From contig JAXJUM010000042.1 in assembly GCA_036309045.1 (NCBI GenBank), forward strand, positions 48,744 to 112,743: a stretch of 64,000 bases of DNA, given 5' to 3'. Below are positions 47,320 to 56,918 of this stretch, one piece after another. The notes under the pieces were generated by a model that saw only the letters and a program-made list of their open reading frames with translations, was not told where the DNA came from and ran no database searches. The position numbers were made by a program, and so were the translations under genes. Within the stretch, counting starts at the first letter, position 1; each line of letters begins with the position of its first letter. Origin of the DNA: Acutalibacteraceae bacterium. Its GTDB lineage: Bacteria > Bacillota > Clostridia > Oscillospirales > Acutalibacteraceae.

Positions 47320-50300
47320 ATGAAGGCTTTAGCTCAAAGCGAAATAATTGCTTTGATTACCGACTTAAATGCATTTGCTGATAGTGCTGAAGCTTTAATC
47401 AACACTACACGGATAAACTATGATAAGGACAAAAGATTGCTTCAAAACAGACACAGTAGTGTCTTATCAAATTTAGATAGTACCTACAAAGCAAACTGTT
47501 CCTCGGTACAAAGCAAATCAAAGCAGACTATTGCTGACGCAAAAAAAATACTCGCTGAAACCAACAAGCTGGACGAAAAGCTCTCAAGCGTAGACAAATA
47601 TTATGTTAAAACCAAAAAGAAAAAAGAGAAACTTTTGTCAGATACCACAAGTGCTGCTTATGATGATGCAACGGACTATTTCAAAACGCTTAGCAAAATA
47701 AAAGATAGTTTCAAGGTTCTTTATAAGAAATATTCCGAGGATATTCTTCCCGGTCTTATTAACGGCTTAAATTATTTATTCTCGAGTCAACGAAAAAAAG
47801 ACTATGAAGAATTAATTATCTTGAGAAATACAGTAGCTGCTTTTGTCAAAGAGATTGAGGAAATGCTACCACAATTAACCGAAGAGAACCTTGCAACCCT
47901 GAAAGAAGATTACTTTACTCAGCGTGGTAGTATGATTGAGCGACAGAAAAACGAAGTTGCAAATTTTGAGAGTAACCATTCTGCAACATTAGATAAAGTG
48001 GCAGATAAGATTTGCACAGAACTCGATAATGTACTTCCTGATGAGTTTGTAGATTACTTGAGTGCAATTATGGCGAACTATGCGAAAGTTGTTCACAAAG
48101 TGAATGCTTCAAATGAAATTCAAGATGAAGTGTTGAATATGTGCTATGTGGATTATCCAGTAGACTTTTTTGTGCAATCTAAGATTGTTGCATCCATCAT
48201 AAAGGAAAAATGTTCAAAGCTATTAGTGAATGGTTCAATTAGACTGCCTGTTATGATGTCTACAAGAAACGCACCTGTTTGGATGATTGCAAACGACAAC
48301 AGTAATAGTTCTATGGTACAAGCGTTTACTCACTCCATTATGTACGGGCTGCTTTCTTCTTGCCCGGTTGAAAAGTTGACCTTTACCATTGTCGATCCTG
48401 AGAACCGTGGCAACAGCATATCACCTTTCTTTGATGCGAAGAAAAAACTTCCTGAACTGTTTGGCGAAAGAATTTACATAAGTAAAGACGAGGTTGCCGC
48501 CAAAGTCAGCAAACTGAATGAAAAAATTGAGAATATTCTTCAAGATAGGCTCGGCAACCAATATGATACCATTTTTGACTATGCAAAGAGTACGCCTGAT
48601 TATAACCTCAATGTCGAGTTTATTATGCTCTATGATTTTCCAAGAGGTTTTGATGAGCGTACCCTTGCTGAACTCAGAAATGTTTTACGCAACGGAAGTA
48701 TGTGTGGAATCTACACGGTAATTTCCTATTTGCCTGAACCTGATAATACTCGTTCAAGAGAATATCAGCAGAACTTACAGTCTATCATTGACCTTTCGAC
48801 TGTAATAAATCAAAATGGTGAAAACTTTGTATTACGTGGACTTCCTCTCGTTTATTACACAATGCCTGAAAAGATTGAATTTGCTAAATTCTTTAGTAAA
48901 TATATGCTTATTTTTGAAGGTATTAAGAATCGTGGTATTGCCTTCTCCCCACTTATCAGAAAGCTCATCGAAGCAAAAGACTCTATGGAGCTTGATGCTC
49001 ACATCGAGCAGATCTGCGAGATGATGAAGAACTACGAAAAAACTTATGCACAAGTACCGGAAATCAAATCCGTGTTCCCTTCATTGGTTACATTAGGAAA
49101 TGTTCTGTATCCTGCTGATGTGTTCTCTGACAGTATCGGCTATAAGCACATTATTGATAAGTTTGGCACTGAACGCAGAGCTGGAACAGAAAACACTTCT
49201 TTTGTTGAATTGCCGCTTACCTTTGACTTGCGAAATTCTTTCAATTTGTTCTTGAATTGTCCTGAAGCAAGCAGTAAAGGAATGCTCGACTTTACACATC
49301 ACGTCATTTGGAGCTTTCTTTCCTTTATGCCTGTCACAAAGGTAAATGTATGTGTATTTGATAGTGAGCAACGAGGAAATAGTATTATTCCTTTCCTTGA
49401 TTTCCGCAAACGCTCACCTGAAACCTTTGATCAGAAGATTTATACAAGTCAGGAACAAATGTATGACCGTCTGCAAAAAATCAACGCTCAGATTGACGAG
49501 TTCATACAAGAAAAATTAGGCAATAGATATAAAGATATTCTTGACTATAACTTAAACACACCGAATAGAGCTGAACCCGTTACACTCTTGGTATTATATG
49601 ATTTCCCAAGTGGAATGGATGGAAGAAGCATTGATTTGTTGAAAAACATCTTGAGAAACGGTAATAAGTGTGGTGTATTCACTTTGATCTGCTACAATCC
49701 AAATATCACATTCTCCCGTTATGAAAGCATTGATGAGCGATTGGAACAGATTTCAAGATATTGTGCATCTATTGATTATAAACATGGGCATTATAGTCTA
49801 TTACCTTATAATTTGCAAATTAACACACCTGAGTTGCTTTCTTACAATGCGACTGATGTGTTTATCGCAGATTATATTGAAAAGAGCGAAACAATTAAGA
49901 AACAAGGACTCTCCTTTAAGGATATTATTTCTAAGGATTTGTTCTCACTTGATTCCTCTAAGTCAATGAAGATACCCGTTGGTGTTGGTGACGGAGATAG
50001 CATCGTCAACATCACTATTGGTGAAGGTTCATCCCATCACGGTCTTATTGCAGGTGCTACCGGTTCAGGTAAATCCACGCTGCTCCATACCCTTATTATG
50101 AGTAGTATGCTTCATTACAGTCCTGACCAACTCCATTTGTATCTTATGGACTTTAAGAGTGGTACTGAATTTAAGATTTACGAATCGGTTAAGCTCCCTC
50201 ACATCCAACTTCTTGCGTTGGATGCCATGCAGGAGTTCGGTGAGAGTATTCTTGAAAACCTTGTAACCGAGATGGAAGCAAGAGCCAAAGCTTTTAAAGA

Positions 50301-51711
50301 AGATGCTGGCGGTGTGTCCAAAATTAAGGATTATATTAAAGTTACCGGAAATCCCATGCCCCGCATCATGGTCATTATGGATGAATTCCAGATACTTTTT
50401 AACGATTCTACTAATAGAAAGGTTGCTAATCGTTGTGCAGAATTAGCAAAGCGTATTGTTACGGAGGGCCGTTCTTTTGGCATTCATCTTTTTATGGCAA
50501 CACAGTCCACAAGAATTATATCTGACCTGACTTTGTCTTCTGGTACAATCGAGCAAATGCGTATTCGTGTCGGCTTAAAATGCGGCGAGAATGATGCAAG
50601 ATATTTGTTCTCGGATCAAAACGACACAAAGGCATTGGCAATGATGAAGGGACCTATCGGTACTGCTGTTATGAACTTAGACTATACCGAACAGTCCAAT
50701 ATCGGATTCAGAGCTGCATACTGTGACGATGCAACACAAAAGTATTATCTTGATTTAATCAGTAAGACCTATGCAGAACAACCGTCTACCTTGCAGACCT
50801 TTGAAGGTAGCAGAACAACTAACTTGGTTGATTATTTTGCGGATGCAAATATCGGTGCAACATCTGAGCTTCCGGCACAAATTCATATGGGTACACTCAT
50901 AAAAGTTGCTCCGCCTTTCGCAATTTGTATCGACAAGAAAAAGAAACACAACCTTTTGGTTTGTGGTTCTAATGAAAGAATGGCTAATACCATTTCTAAT
51001 AACTATATGATTTCGGCCTTGCTTAATCGCAATGCAACCGTCTACTGTATTGACGGCGACAAACTTGTTGGTGATGATGGCTCGGCAGATTTCTATGATG
51101 CTCTTGGTGAGTGTAGCAGCACTCAGTTCAAAGTTGCTCAGGATCGTGCTGATATTATCAAGTTCATCAATGAGATTTATCAAAGTTATCAGACTTGGAA
51201 GAAGCAGAATAGTGATGATGTAATTTTCGTAGTAATCAAGAACCTTCAATTCTTGGATATTGTTAAGTCGATGTTCAAGGGAGATGTAATTGATGAAAGC
51301 GAGTTTATTGATGAAGTTTCTGCTGAACCTGAGTTTAACCCTGCCGATCCGTTTGCAGCAGTAAACAATATGTTTGCAAACAGAGGTAGTGACGATAATA
51401 TGTCGGTTGGTGAAAAACTCATAAAGATGATTGAAGATGGTTCGGGATTTGGTATTCACTTTGTGGTTACATCACTTGAATATCAATCTGTAAGAGAATG
51501 TATGTACTACGGTGAAAATATCCTCACAAAATTCCCTGAACGTATCATCTTTTCTCTTGGATCTAACGATGCTGATAATCTTATTGAAAACGTTTCGGTT
51601 GCAGGCTTGAGAGATAATACGGTTTACTTCACGGATGGAGTTAAAAACACATTCCAAATGAAACCGTATATTACACCTTCTGCAAATGAATTGAAGAAAC
51701 TGTTTGATTAA
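47320..51711 (+). CDS. FtsK/SpoIIIE-family (EssC/EccC-like) multi-domain ATPase without recognisable TM or FHA regions
   Basis: There is one canonical module (GATGSGKST at about 50053, VIMDEFQ, GIHLFMATQS). Two upstream modules and one downstream module have degenerate P-loops. The N-terminus is coiled-coil. Confidence 0.8.
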   Translation: MKALAQSEIIALITDLNAFADSAEALINTTRINYDKDKRLLQNRHSSVLSNLDSTYKANCSSVQSKSKQTIADAKKILAETNKLDEKLSSVDKYYVKTKKKKEKLLSDTTSAAYDDATDYFKTLSKIKDSFKVLYKKYSEDILPGLINGLNYLFSSQRKKDYEELIILRNTVAAFVKEIEEMLPQLTEENLATLKEDYFTQRGSMIERQKNEVANFESNHSATLDKVADKICTELDNVLPDEFVDYLSAIMANYAKVVHKVNASNEIQDEVLNMCYVDYPVDFFVQSKIVASIIKEKCSKLLVNGSIRLPVMMSTRNAPVWMIANDNSNSSMVQAFTHSIMYGLLSSCPVEKLTFTIVDPENRGNSISPFFDAKKKLPELFGERIYISKDEVAAKVSKLNEKIENILQDRLGNQYDTIFDYAKSTPDYNLNVEFIMLYDFPRGFDERTLAELRNVLRNGSMCGIYTVISYLPEPDNTRSREYQQNLQSIIDLSTVINQNGENFVLRGLPLVYYTMPEKIEFAKFFSKYMLIFEGIKNRGIAFSPLIRKLIEAKDSMELDAHIEQICEMMKNYEKTYAQVPEIKSVFPSLVTLGNVLYPADVFSDSIGYKHIIDKFGTERRAGTENTSFVELPLTFDLRNSFNLFLNCPEASSKGMLDFTHHVIWSFLSFMPVTKVNVCVFDSEQRGNSIIPFLDFRKRSPETFDQKIYTSQEQMYDRLQKINAQIDEFIQEKLGNRYKDILDYNLNTPNRAEPVTLLVLYDFPSGMDGRSIDLLKNILRNGNKCGVFTLICYNPNITFSRYESIDERLEQISRYCASIDYKHGHYSLLPYNLQINTPELLSYNATDVFIADYIEKSETIKKQGLSFKDIISKDLFSLDSSKSMKIPVGVGDGDSIVNITIGEGSSHHGLIAGATGSGKSTLLHTLIMSSMLHYSPDQLHLYLMDFKSGTEFKIYESVKLPHIQLLALDAMQEFGESILENLVTEMEARAKAFKEDAGGVSKIKDYIKVTGNPMPRIMVIMDEFQILFNDSTNRKVANRCAELAKRIVTEGRSFGIHLFMATQSTRIISDLTLSSGTIEQMRIRVGLKCGENDARYLFSDQNDTKALAMMKGPIGTAVMNLDYTEQSNIGFRAAYCDDATQKYYLDLISKTYAEQPSTLQTFEGSRTTNLVDYFADANIGATSELPAQIHMGTLIKVAPPFAICIDKKKKHNLLVCGSNERMANTISNNYMISALLNRNATVYCIDGDKLVGDDGSADFYDALGECSSTQFKVAQDRADIIKFINEIYQSYQTWKKQNSDDVIFVVIKNLQFLDIVKSMFKGDVIDESEFIDEVSAEPEFNPADPFAAVNNMFANRGSDDNMSVGEKLIKMIEDGSGFGIHFVVTSLEYQSVRECMYYGENILTKFPERIIFSLGSNDADNLIENVSVAGLRDNTVYFTDGVKNTFQMKPYITPSANELKKLFD

Positions 51712-51788
51712 ATGTGTGGATATGCCATATACACAGAGGTTTACCCCTTTGTGTATATGGCTAATTCCAAAAGAAGGAGCGAGGGAAA

Positions 51789-52580
51789 ATGATTTGTAAG
51801 AAGTGCGGAAAAGAGATAAAAGATACCGCTAAATTTTGCGGTTATTGTGGTTCAGTAAACGAACCTACTATTGGCGTACAGACGCCGGAAATTTCTGAAA
51901 CGGTCAACTATACACCGTCTTGGATGAAACAAGAGGTGAAAACAACAACGAGTACAATTTCTGCTAAGCAGAATGTAGATATTAAGACTGAAATAAGTAA
52001 AAATGCGGGATTGGTTGCGTTGCCGTGCATTTATTTGGTTTGGCAAATTATACGAATATTCTTAAATAGGAATATGATAAGTTATGGCAATGACTCCTAT
52101 ATGACCTATATGTATATCACAATTATTGTAGGGTGTATTCTTTATGGTGCTATAAGCGGCGGATTAGTAATTGCTATAAATAAGTGTTCAAAAAATTTCA
52201 AATGGGTATATTTAATTCCCTATATGATTGTTTGTGCTTACTTTTTGCTTACGAGTATAAACTATTTTGAAAGTGTACTATATTCGATTTTTGAGTTTTT
52301 AGAAATAATCGTTTCTATGGTAGTGATTATTTCTTTGCAAAACACACAATTAGGTAAAGAAAAATCAGCGAAGTCAACTATTACGATTGCCGCTATTTCT
52401 ACCGGCGCCGGAGTGCTTGTGTTCCGTTTCCTTTATTATTTACTTATTAGCATTCTTTTCGGTGGATTTGTAAGTTTTACTCTTTGGAATGTCATCACAA
52501 GTGCAGCTTCCATACTTGGTGCTGTGATTACTTCGGCAGTAATCGTTAATTCCGCTTATATGAAAAACTCACAGAGGTAG
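51789..52580 (+). CDS. Zinc-ribbon + polytopic membrane protein
   Basis: N-terminal CKKCG...CGYCG followed by about 6 TM helices. Confidence 0.6.
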   Translation: MICKKCGKEIKDTAKFCGYCGSVNEPTIGVQTPEISETVNYTPSWMKQEVKTTTSTISAKQNVDIKTEISKNAGLVALPCIYLVWQIIRIFLNRNMISYGNDSYMTYMYITIIVGCILYGAISGGLVIAINKCSKNFKWVYLIPYMIVCAYFLLTSINYFESVLYSIFEFLEIIVSMVVIISLQNTQLGKEKSAKSTITIAAISTGAGVLVFRFLYYLLISILFGGFVSFTLWNVITSAASILGAVITSAVIVNSAYMKNSQR

Positions 52581-52585
52581 ACGTT

Positions 52586-53512
52586 ATGGAATTAGTATGT
52601 TTATTATTAACCGTTTTCGGTTTAATTATTTGTTTTGGCGGTATTTATATTAGAAAATTCTGTTCTTCCATTATGGGTTTAGTGTGGGGAGCTTTCCTTT
52701 CTATTATTCTTATTGTTTTGACTACGGAATCAATATGGCAAATTGATAGCGAGGAATCGTTAGTATGGATTGTAATTGGAGCAATTACACTTGCTATCTT
52801 TTCTGCAATATATGAGAAAGCGTGTGCTTTTCTGAATAGCTTTATACCGACATTTTTTATTGTATGTGTATTATTGCTATTCAACATTCTTTCAAATGAA
52901 GATCTTGAGATATCAGCAGTGGTTATCATTGCTCTAATCGTAGCTTTTATCTCAGGCTTTATTAGTTATAAGATTTACGACATTGCTTTTATGCTCGAAA
53001 CGGCTTTTACAGGAGCGTTTATAGCTTCATTGGGTATATATGGTCTTACAGAAGGAGCAAACGATGTTGGTGATGTGGTTTTCGGCGCAGTAATGGATGA
53101 CGAAGTTATAGGTTATATATTGCTTGGTACTGTTGTTTTAGGCATTATCGGTTTTTGCGTTCAATGGGGCAGATTTAAGACTATCAAGGAAGAAAAAAAC
53201 TTGGAAGATAAAAAAGATACTTCCACTACAGATGGTTGGCAATGCCAATGCGGTAAGTTAAATTCTTTCGAGCATCAATTCTGTGAAGAATGTGGTAAGC
53301 AATTTATTGAACCTGATTTCTCCCAAAAATCTTGGAACTGCAAGTGCGGAGCTTCCAATGCAGACGAGATGTTATTCTGCTCTGAGTGTGGAGCAAATCG
53401 CCTGCAGCAAGAATATTCTAAATGGATATGTTCAACTTGTGGAACAGAAAATGAACACGATATGCTCTATTGCTCTGAGTGTGGCAAGGTTTCCGGAGGT
53501 AAAAAGCAATGA
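52586..53512 (+). CDS. Polytopic membrane protein with three C-terminal RanBP2-type zinc-ribbon repeats
   Basis: About 6-7 TM helices, followed by WQCQCGKLNSFEHQFCEECG, WNCKCGASNADEMLFCSECG and WICSTCGTENEHDMLYCSECG. Confidence 0.65.
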   Translation: MELVCLLLTVFGLIICFGGIYIRKFCSSIMGLVWGAFLSIILIVLTTESIWQIDSEESLVWIVIGAITLAIFSAIYEKACAFLNSFIPTFFIVCVLLLFNILSNEDLEISAVVIIALIVAFISGFISYKIYDIAFMLETAFTGAFIASLGIYGLTEGANDVGDVVFGAVMDDEVIGYILLGTVVLGIIGFCVQWGRFKTIKEEKNLEDKKDTSTTDGWQCQCGKLNSFEHQFCEECGKQFIEPDFSQKSWNCKCGASNADEMLFCSECGANRLQQEYSKWICSTCGTENEHDMLYCSECGKVSGGKKQ

Positions 53513-53787
53513 TTATTGATGGACATAAATCCATAGAAGAACTACAAGAATTGCGATATAACTATCACAAAGATATTGCACAGTTAGAAGAAATGCATTC
53601 TCGACTTAGAGAAAGATATTCAAAACTTTCTGAAATCAATGATAATAGGCACATCTATGAACTTTTGGAACTAACTGTCGATAGCTTAAGAAGTGTCGAA
53701 GAAGCATTACATAAACTACACGAAGCAGATGCAGGTGCCGAGAAACTGATCGAACTTTATCAGGCATACTTAAAGGTTGAACTATAA
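53509..53787 (+). CDS. Small helical protein (hypothetical; possible secretion chaperone or adaptor)
   Basis: 92 aa, start overlaps the upstream stop (ATGA), predicted all-helical. Confidence 0.5.
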   Translation: MIIDGHKSIEELQELRYNYHKDIAQLEEMHSRLRERYSKLSEINDNRHIYELLELTVDSLRSVEEALHKLHEADAGAEKLIELYQAYLKVEL

Positions 53788-53814
53788 TTGATTTTTTGCA
53801 AAGGAGGGATTTGC

Positions 53815-54789
53815 GTGGGAATGGTAAATGCCGATGTTACTGAGTTGTTGCAATCTTGGAATAATATCAAGACAGCAATTACAAGCATCGAAACGACAAG
53901 ATCGTCAATGACAAGAAAATATCAACAACTTAATGGCGAATGGAAAGATAAAAAGTATAAAGAATTAGGCGATGTTGTTCAAGAATGCAGCAAAGCGTTA
54001 AATGAAATATTGAAAATCTTATCCAAAGGCGAAAAATTCATTGGTTCACTTGCAAAAAACTTGCAAGAGTATGAGGAAGTTAATCTTGATAATCGGTTTG
54101 GTAGTTCATATAGCGGCTCTTATTCAGTATCAAGCGAAACGAATTCTACAAACTCCGTTCACAGTGCGATAGCGTCACAAGGACTTACACATACCCGACA
54201 AGAAACCACAAATGTGTTCTTAAATGGAAGAAATTGTACCGTATTTGACCACCCGTTTGACGAAAATTCAGGACGAATTTGCAATCAAGGAAGTGCATAT
54301 CCAACAGGACCACAAAACACTTGCGGTTGTTGTTCAAGTGGCACAATTATAAACAAAGCAGGTGGTAACACCAATGAACACGATATGGTCGCATTTGCTT
54401 GGAATAATGGGTTTTGTGATAATGATGGTTTTACAACAGCAAACACAATAACGGACATCCTAACAACTTCGGGTATTCCTTCAACAAATACCAGCGGCAC
54501 TAGCTTGGAAAATCTTGCTTCCTATGTAGAACAAGGTCGTGGTGTTATTATTGCGGTAAATGCAAGACGTTTTGATCCGGACTTGTATAGGCAATCAGGA
54601 GGACACGCCATAGTTTTGGAAAGCGTTATTAGGGATGCTCAAACACACGAAATATTAGAGTACGTTGTGGTTGACTCAAACAGAGAAAATTCGGTTAATG
54701 CTGCAAGACGAGTTTCTGTACAAAGATTAGAAAGAGCATTTGGAGATTTGGGAAACCAATCAATCTCTACTAACAACATTATTTGGTAG
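53815..54789 (+). CDS. Polymorphic-toxin-like protein: W-K-D-x-K-Y N-domain + papain-like Cys peptidase-like C-domain
   Basis: GTG start 6 nt after AAGGAGGG (an ATG at 53821 is also possible). The N-domain is nearly identical to that of 55304. The C-domain has NTCGCCSSG, GGHAIVLE and VVDSN in Cys/His/Asp order. Confidence 0.6.
   Translation: MGMVNADVTELLQSWNNIKTAITSIETTRSSMTRKYQQLNGEWKDKKYKELGDVVQECSKALNEILKILSKGEKFIGSLAKNLQEYEEVNLDNRFGSSYSGSYSVSSETNSTNSVHSAIASQGLTHTRQETTNVFLNGRNCTVFDHPFDENSGRICNQGSAYPTGPQNTCGCCSSGTIINKAGGNTNEHDMVAFAWNNGFCDNDGFTTANTITDILTTSGIPSTNTSGTSLENLASYVEQGRGVIIAVNARRFDPDLYRQSGGHAIVLESVIRDAQTHEILEYVVVDSNRENSVNAARRVSVQRLERAFGDLGNQSISTNNIIW
53823..54058. repeat. Direct repeat copy A (shared toxin N-terminal domain)
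   Basis: Manual alignment to 55312-55547 gives 9 mismatches over 236 nt with no gaps. Confidence 0.85.
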
Positions 54790-54797
54790 GTGCAGTG

Positions 54798-55271
54798 ATG
54801 AATATTAACGATAAATTTAGCAAAGTTTTGTCATCAATAGAATTTCAATTAGCAAGATCATTACCAATATTTAATGATGGTAACGAAATACTTTTCTTCT
54901 ATAAGACTGATGAAATAAACAAAACAGAATATAGAGTATCCGAAGTACGATATGTTGTTTTCAGAAATATTGATAATGGGCATATAGAAGTTATAAAAGC
55001 AGTCGATGCTCTTCCAAAGGAATTGATAGATGCACTTGTTGAAAGTACGAATATGCATATATTAAGTGTCGAGCAAGAACTGAAAAATGAAGATGATTAT
55101 TTAGAACTATATGAAAAAATAACGGAAGAATATTGTACCAAAAACTACAGTGCTTCTGAATTGCAAACACTTTCAGCGTTATTTTTGAAATTAACAGAAG
55201 GAACGAGCCTTCTCCCACTATATAGATATTTGGGCAAAGAATTTTTCGAACTGATTTCTTTGGATATATGA
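54798..55271 (+). CDS. Putative cognate immunity protein 1
   Basis: About 158-aa acidic protein that overlaps the toxin stop. No motif recognised; the call is positional. Confidence 0.45.
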   Translation: MNINDKFSKVLSSIEFQLARSLPIFNDGNEILFFYKTDEINKTEYRVSEVRYVVFRNIDNGHIEVIKAVDALPKELIDALVESTNMHILSVEQELKNEDDYLELYEKITEEYCTKNYSASELQTLSALFLKLTEGTSLLPLYRYLGKEFFELISLDI

Positions 55272-55303
55272 GAAATATCATCGCTTAAAGGAGGTGTAAG
55301 CTA

Positions 55304-56356
55304 TTGAGTTTGGTAAATGCCGATGTTACCGAGCTATTGCAATCTTGGAATAATATCAAGACGGCAATTACAAGTATCGAAACGACAAGATCGTCAATGG
55401 CAAGAAAATATCAACAACTTAATGGCGAATGGAAAGATAAAAAGTATAAAGAATTAGGCGATGTTGTTCAAGAATGTAGCAAAGCCTTAAATGAAATATT
55501 GAAAATCTTATCCAAAGGCGAAAAATTCATAGGTTCACTTGCAAAAAGTTTGCAGGAATATGATAATGTTAACTTAGATGGAAGTATGGGCGCAGATAAT
55601 GCCTTTGTTCAAAACCTGAGAAATATGACATATTCCGCAGGTGAAACACCTTCCTATCAGTATTGTCTTGGCGTGTTGACAAGGGGTAATATTCCTGAAG
55701 GTTATCTCAATGTAATATCTGAAAGACACCAAAACGGTGAAACGGGAGTACGCAGAGTATTCGATCATTTTACAAATCAAATGTTGATACAAGATGCGAA
55801 TTATCCACCTAACCAAACGGCACATTACTCACCGATGAATTATGAGGGACATCGTAGGGGTGTTTATTACAATGCAACTTCGGATATGACTAATCCGAGA
55901 GGTGCAGGAACTACATATTTTCACGAGCTTGCACATATGATCGACCACGCATCAACGGGTTATCAAGGGAACTTGTCAAATACACCTGAATTTGGAAATG
56001 CGTTAATGCAAGACGGTCAACGAATATTGCAATTATATAACAATCTGCCCCCTGAACAGCAGAACGCTTTTTTAACACGCATACGGTCTGACTCAGCTCA
56101 TTCTTTTTCAGACTTGATAGATGCAACAACTAACGGGCAATTACACGGAAGTTACGGTCACTCAAGAGAATATTGGACTCGTTCCGGTAATCTACAAGCC
56201 GAAGCATTTGCACACTTTTTTGAAGCATCTATGGGTAGTGAGGAAAAGCTTGAAATGCTTGCAAACTTTTTCCCAACTGCATTTGGCGTGTTTTCAACAC
56301 TTATTGAATCAATCCAACCCGACCAATATGTTCGGGTATTAGAAAGGAGCAGATAA
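55304..56356 (+). CDS. Polymorphic-toxin-like protein: W-K-D-x-K-Y N-domain + HExxH zinc metallopeptidase-like C-domain
   Basis: TTG start 8 nt after AAAGGAGG. The motif TYFHELAHMIDH is at about 55918-55950. Confidence 0.6.
   Translation: MSLVNADVTELLQSWNNIKTAITSIETTRSSMARKYQQLNGEWKDKKYKELGDVVQECSKALNEILKILSKGEKFIGSLAKSLQEYDNVNLDGSMGADNAFVQNLRNMTYSAGETPSYQYCLGVLTRGNIPEGYLNVISERHQNGETGVRRVFDHFTNQMLIQDANYPPNQTAHYSPMNYEGHRRGVYYNATSDMTNPRGAGTTYFHELAHMIDHASTGYQGNLSNTPEFGNALMQDGQRILQLYNNLPPEQQNAFLTRIRSDSAHSFSDLIDATTNGQLHGSYGHSREYWTRSGNLQAEAFAHFFEASMGSEEKLEMLANFFPTAFGVFSTLIESIQPDQYVRVLERSR
55312..55547. repeat. Direct repeat copy B (shared toxin N-terminal domain)
   Basis: The partner of 53823-54058. 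Confidence 0.85.
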
Positions 56357-56359
56357 CTT

Positions 56360-56614
56360 ATGAGTATAAATAAAAAGGTTTCAGATTTTATGAATGCTTT
56401 TCTTGACACTCCTGAACCTGATATAGATCAGGAATACTATCAAATTGAAGAACAATACAAGGCAATGTTCGGTCATACTGTGCCGAGAGCTATGTTGCCT
56501 GACGGTATTTCTATGGACAGTATCAAATCCGCTATGAAAACTTGTATTGAAAACAAGAAAGATACTCTATTTGAATTGCTCGGTGTTGAACTGAATGACG
56601 AGTATCTATACTAA
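56360..56614 (+). CDS. Putative cognate immunity protein 2
   Basis: 84-aa ORF starting 3 nt after the toxin stop. The call is positional. Confidence 0.45.
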   Translation: MSINKKVSDFMNAFLDTPEPDIDQEYYQIEEQYKAMFGHTVPRAMLPDGISMDSIKSAMKTCIENKKDTLFELLGVELNDEYLY

Positions 56615-56624
56615 GGAGAAGCAA

Positions 56625-56891
56625 ATGGAGAACGATAACATAATTGTTTTGAACGATGATGACGGTAATGAGGTGGAGTTCGAATTTTTGGATCTCATAC
56701 CGTATCGTGGAAAAGAATATGTAGTATTGCTCCCCGTTTCTGATGAAGCAGATGAAGTTGTTATCCTACAACTTGAAGAAGCAGATGATGAAACAGAGAG
56801 TTATATTAGTGTTGATAATGAATTAACATTGCAAGCAGTTTTTGAGATATTCAAAGAACGTGCAAAAGATACATTTAATTTTGTAGATTGA
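56625..56891 (+). CDS. DUF1292-like small acidic protein
   Basis: Start at the ATG after AAGGAGAA. Product MENDNIIVLNDDDGNEVEFEFLDLIPYRGKEYVVLLP. Confidence 0.55.
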   Translation: MENDNIIVLNDDDGNEVEFEFLDLIPYRGKEYVVLLPVSDEADEVVILQLEEADDETESYISVDNELTLQAVFEIFKERAKDTFNFVD

Positions 56892-56918
56892 TATATACGA
56901 AAAGAAGGAGGTGGCGCA

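Noticed and set aside
50755-51459. 234-aa minus-strand ORF inside the FtsK-like gene
   Set aside because: It is long but antisense to a gene with clear ATPase motifs. Its product has no motifs and a skewed composition (Ile/Asn/Cys-rich).
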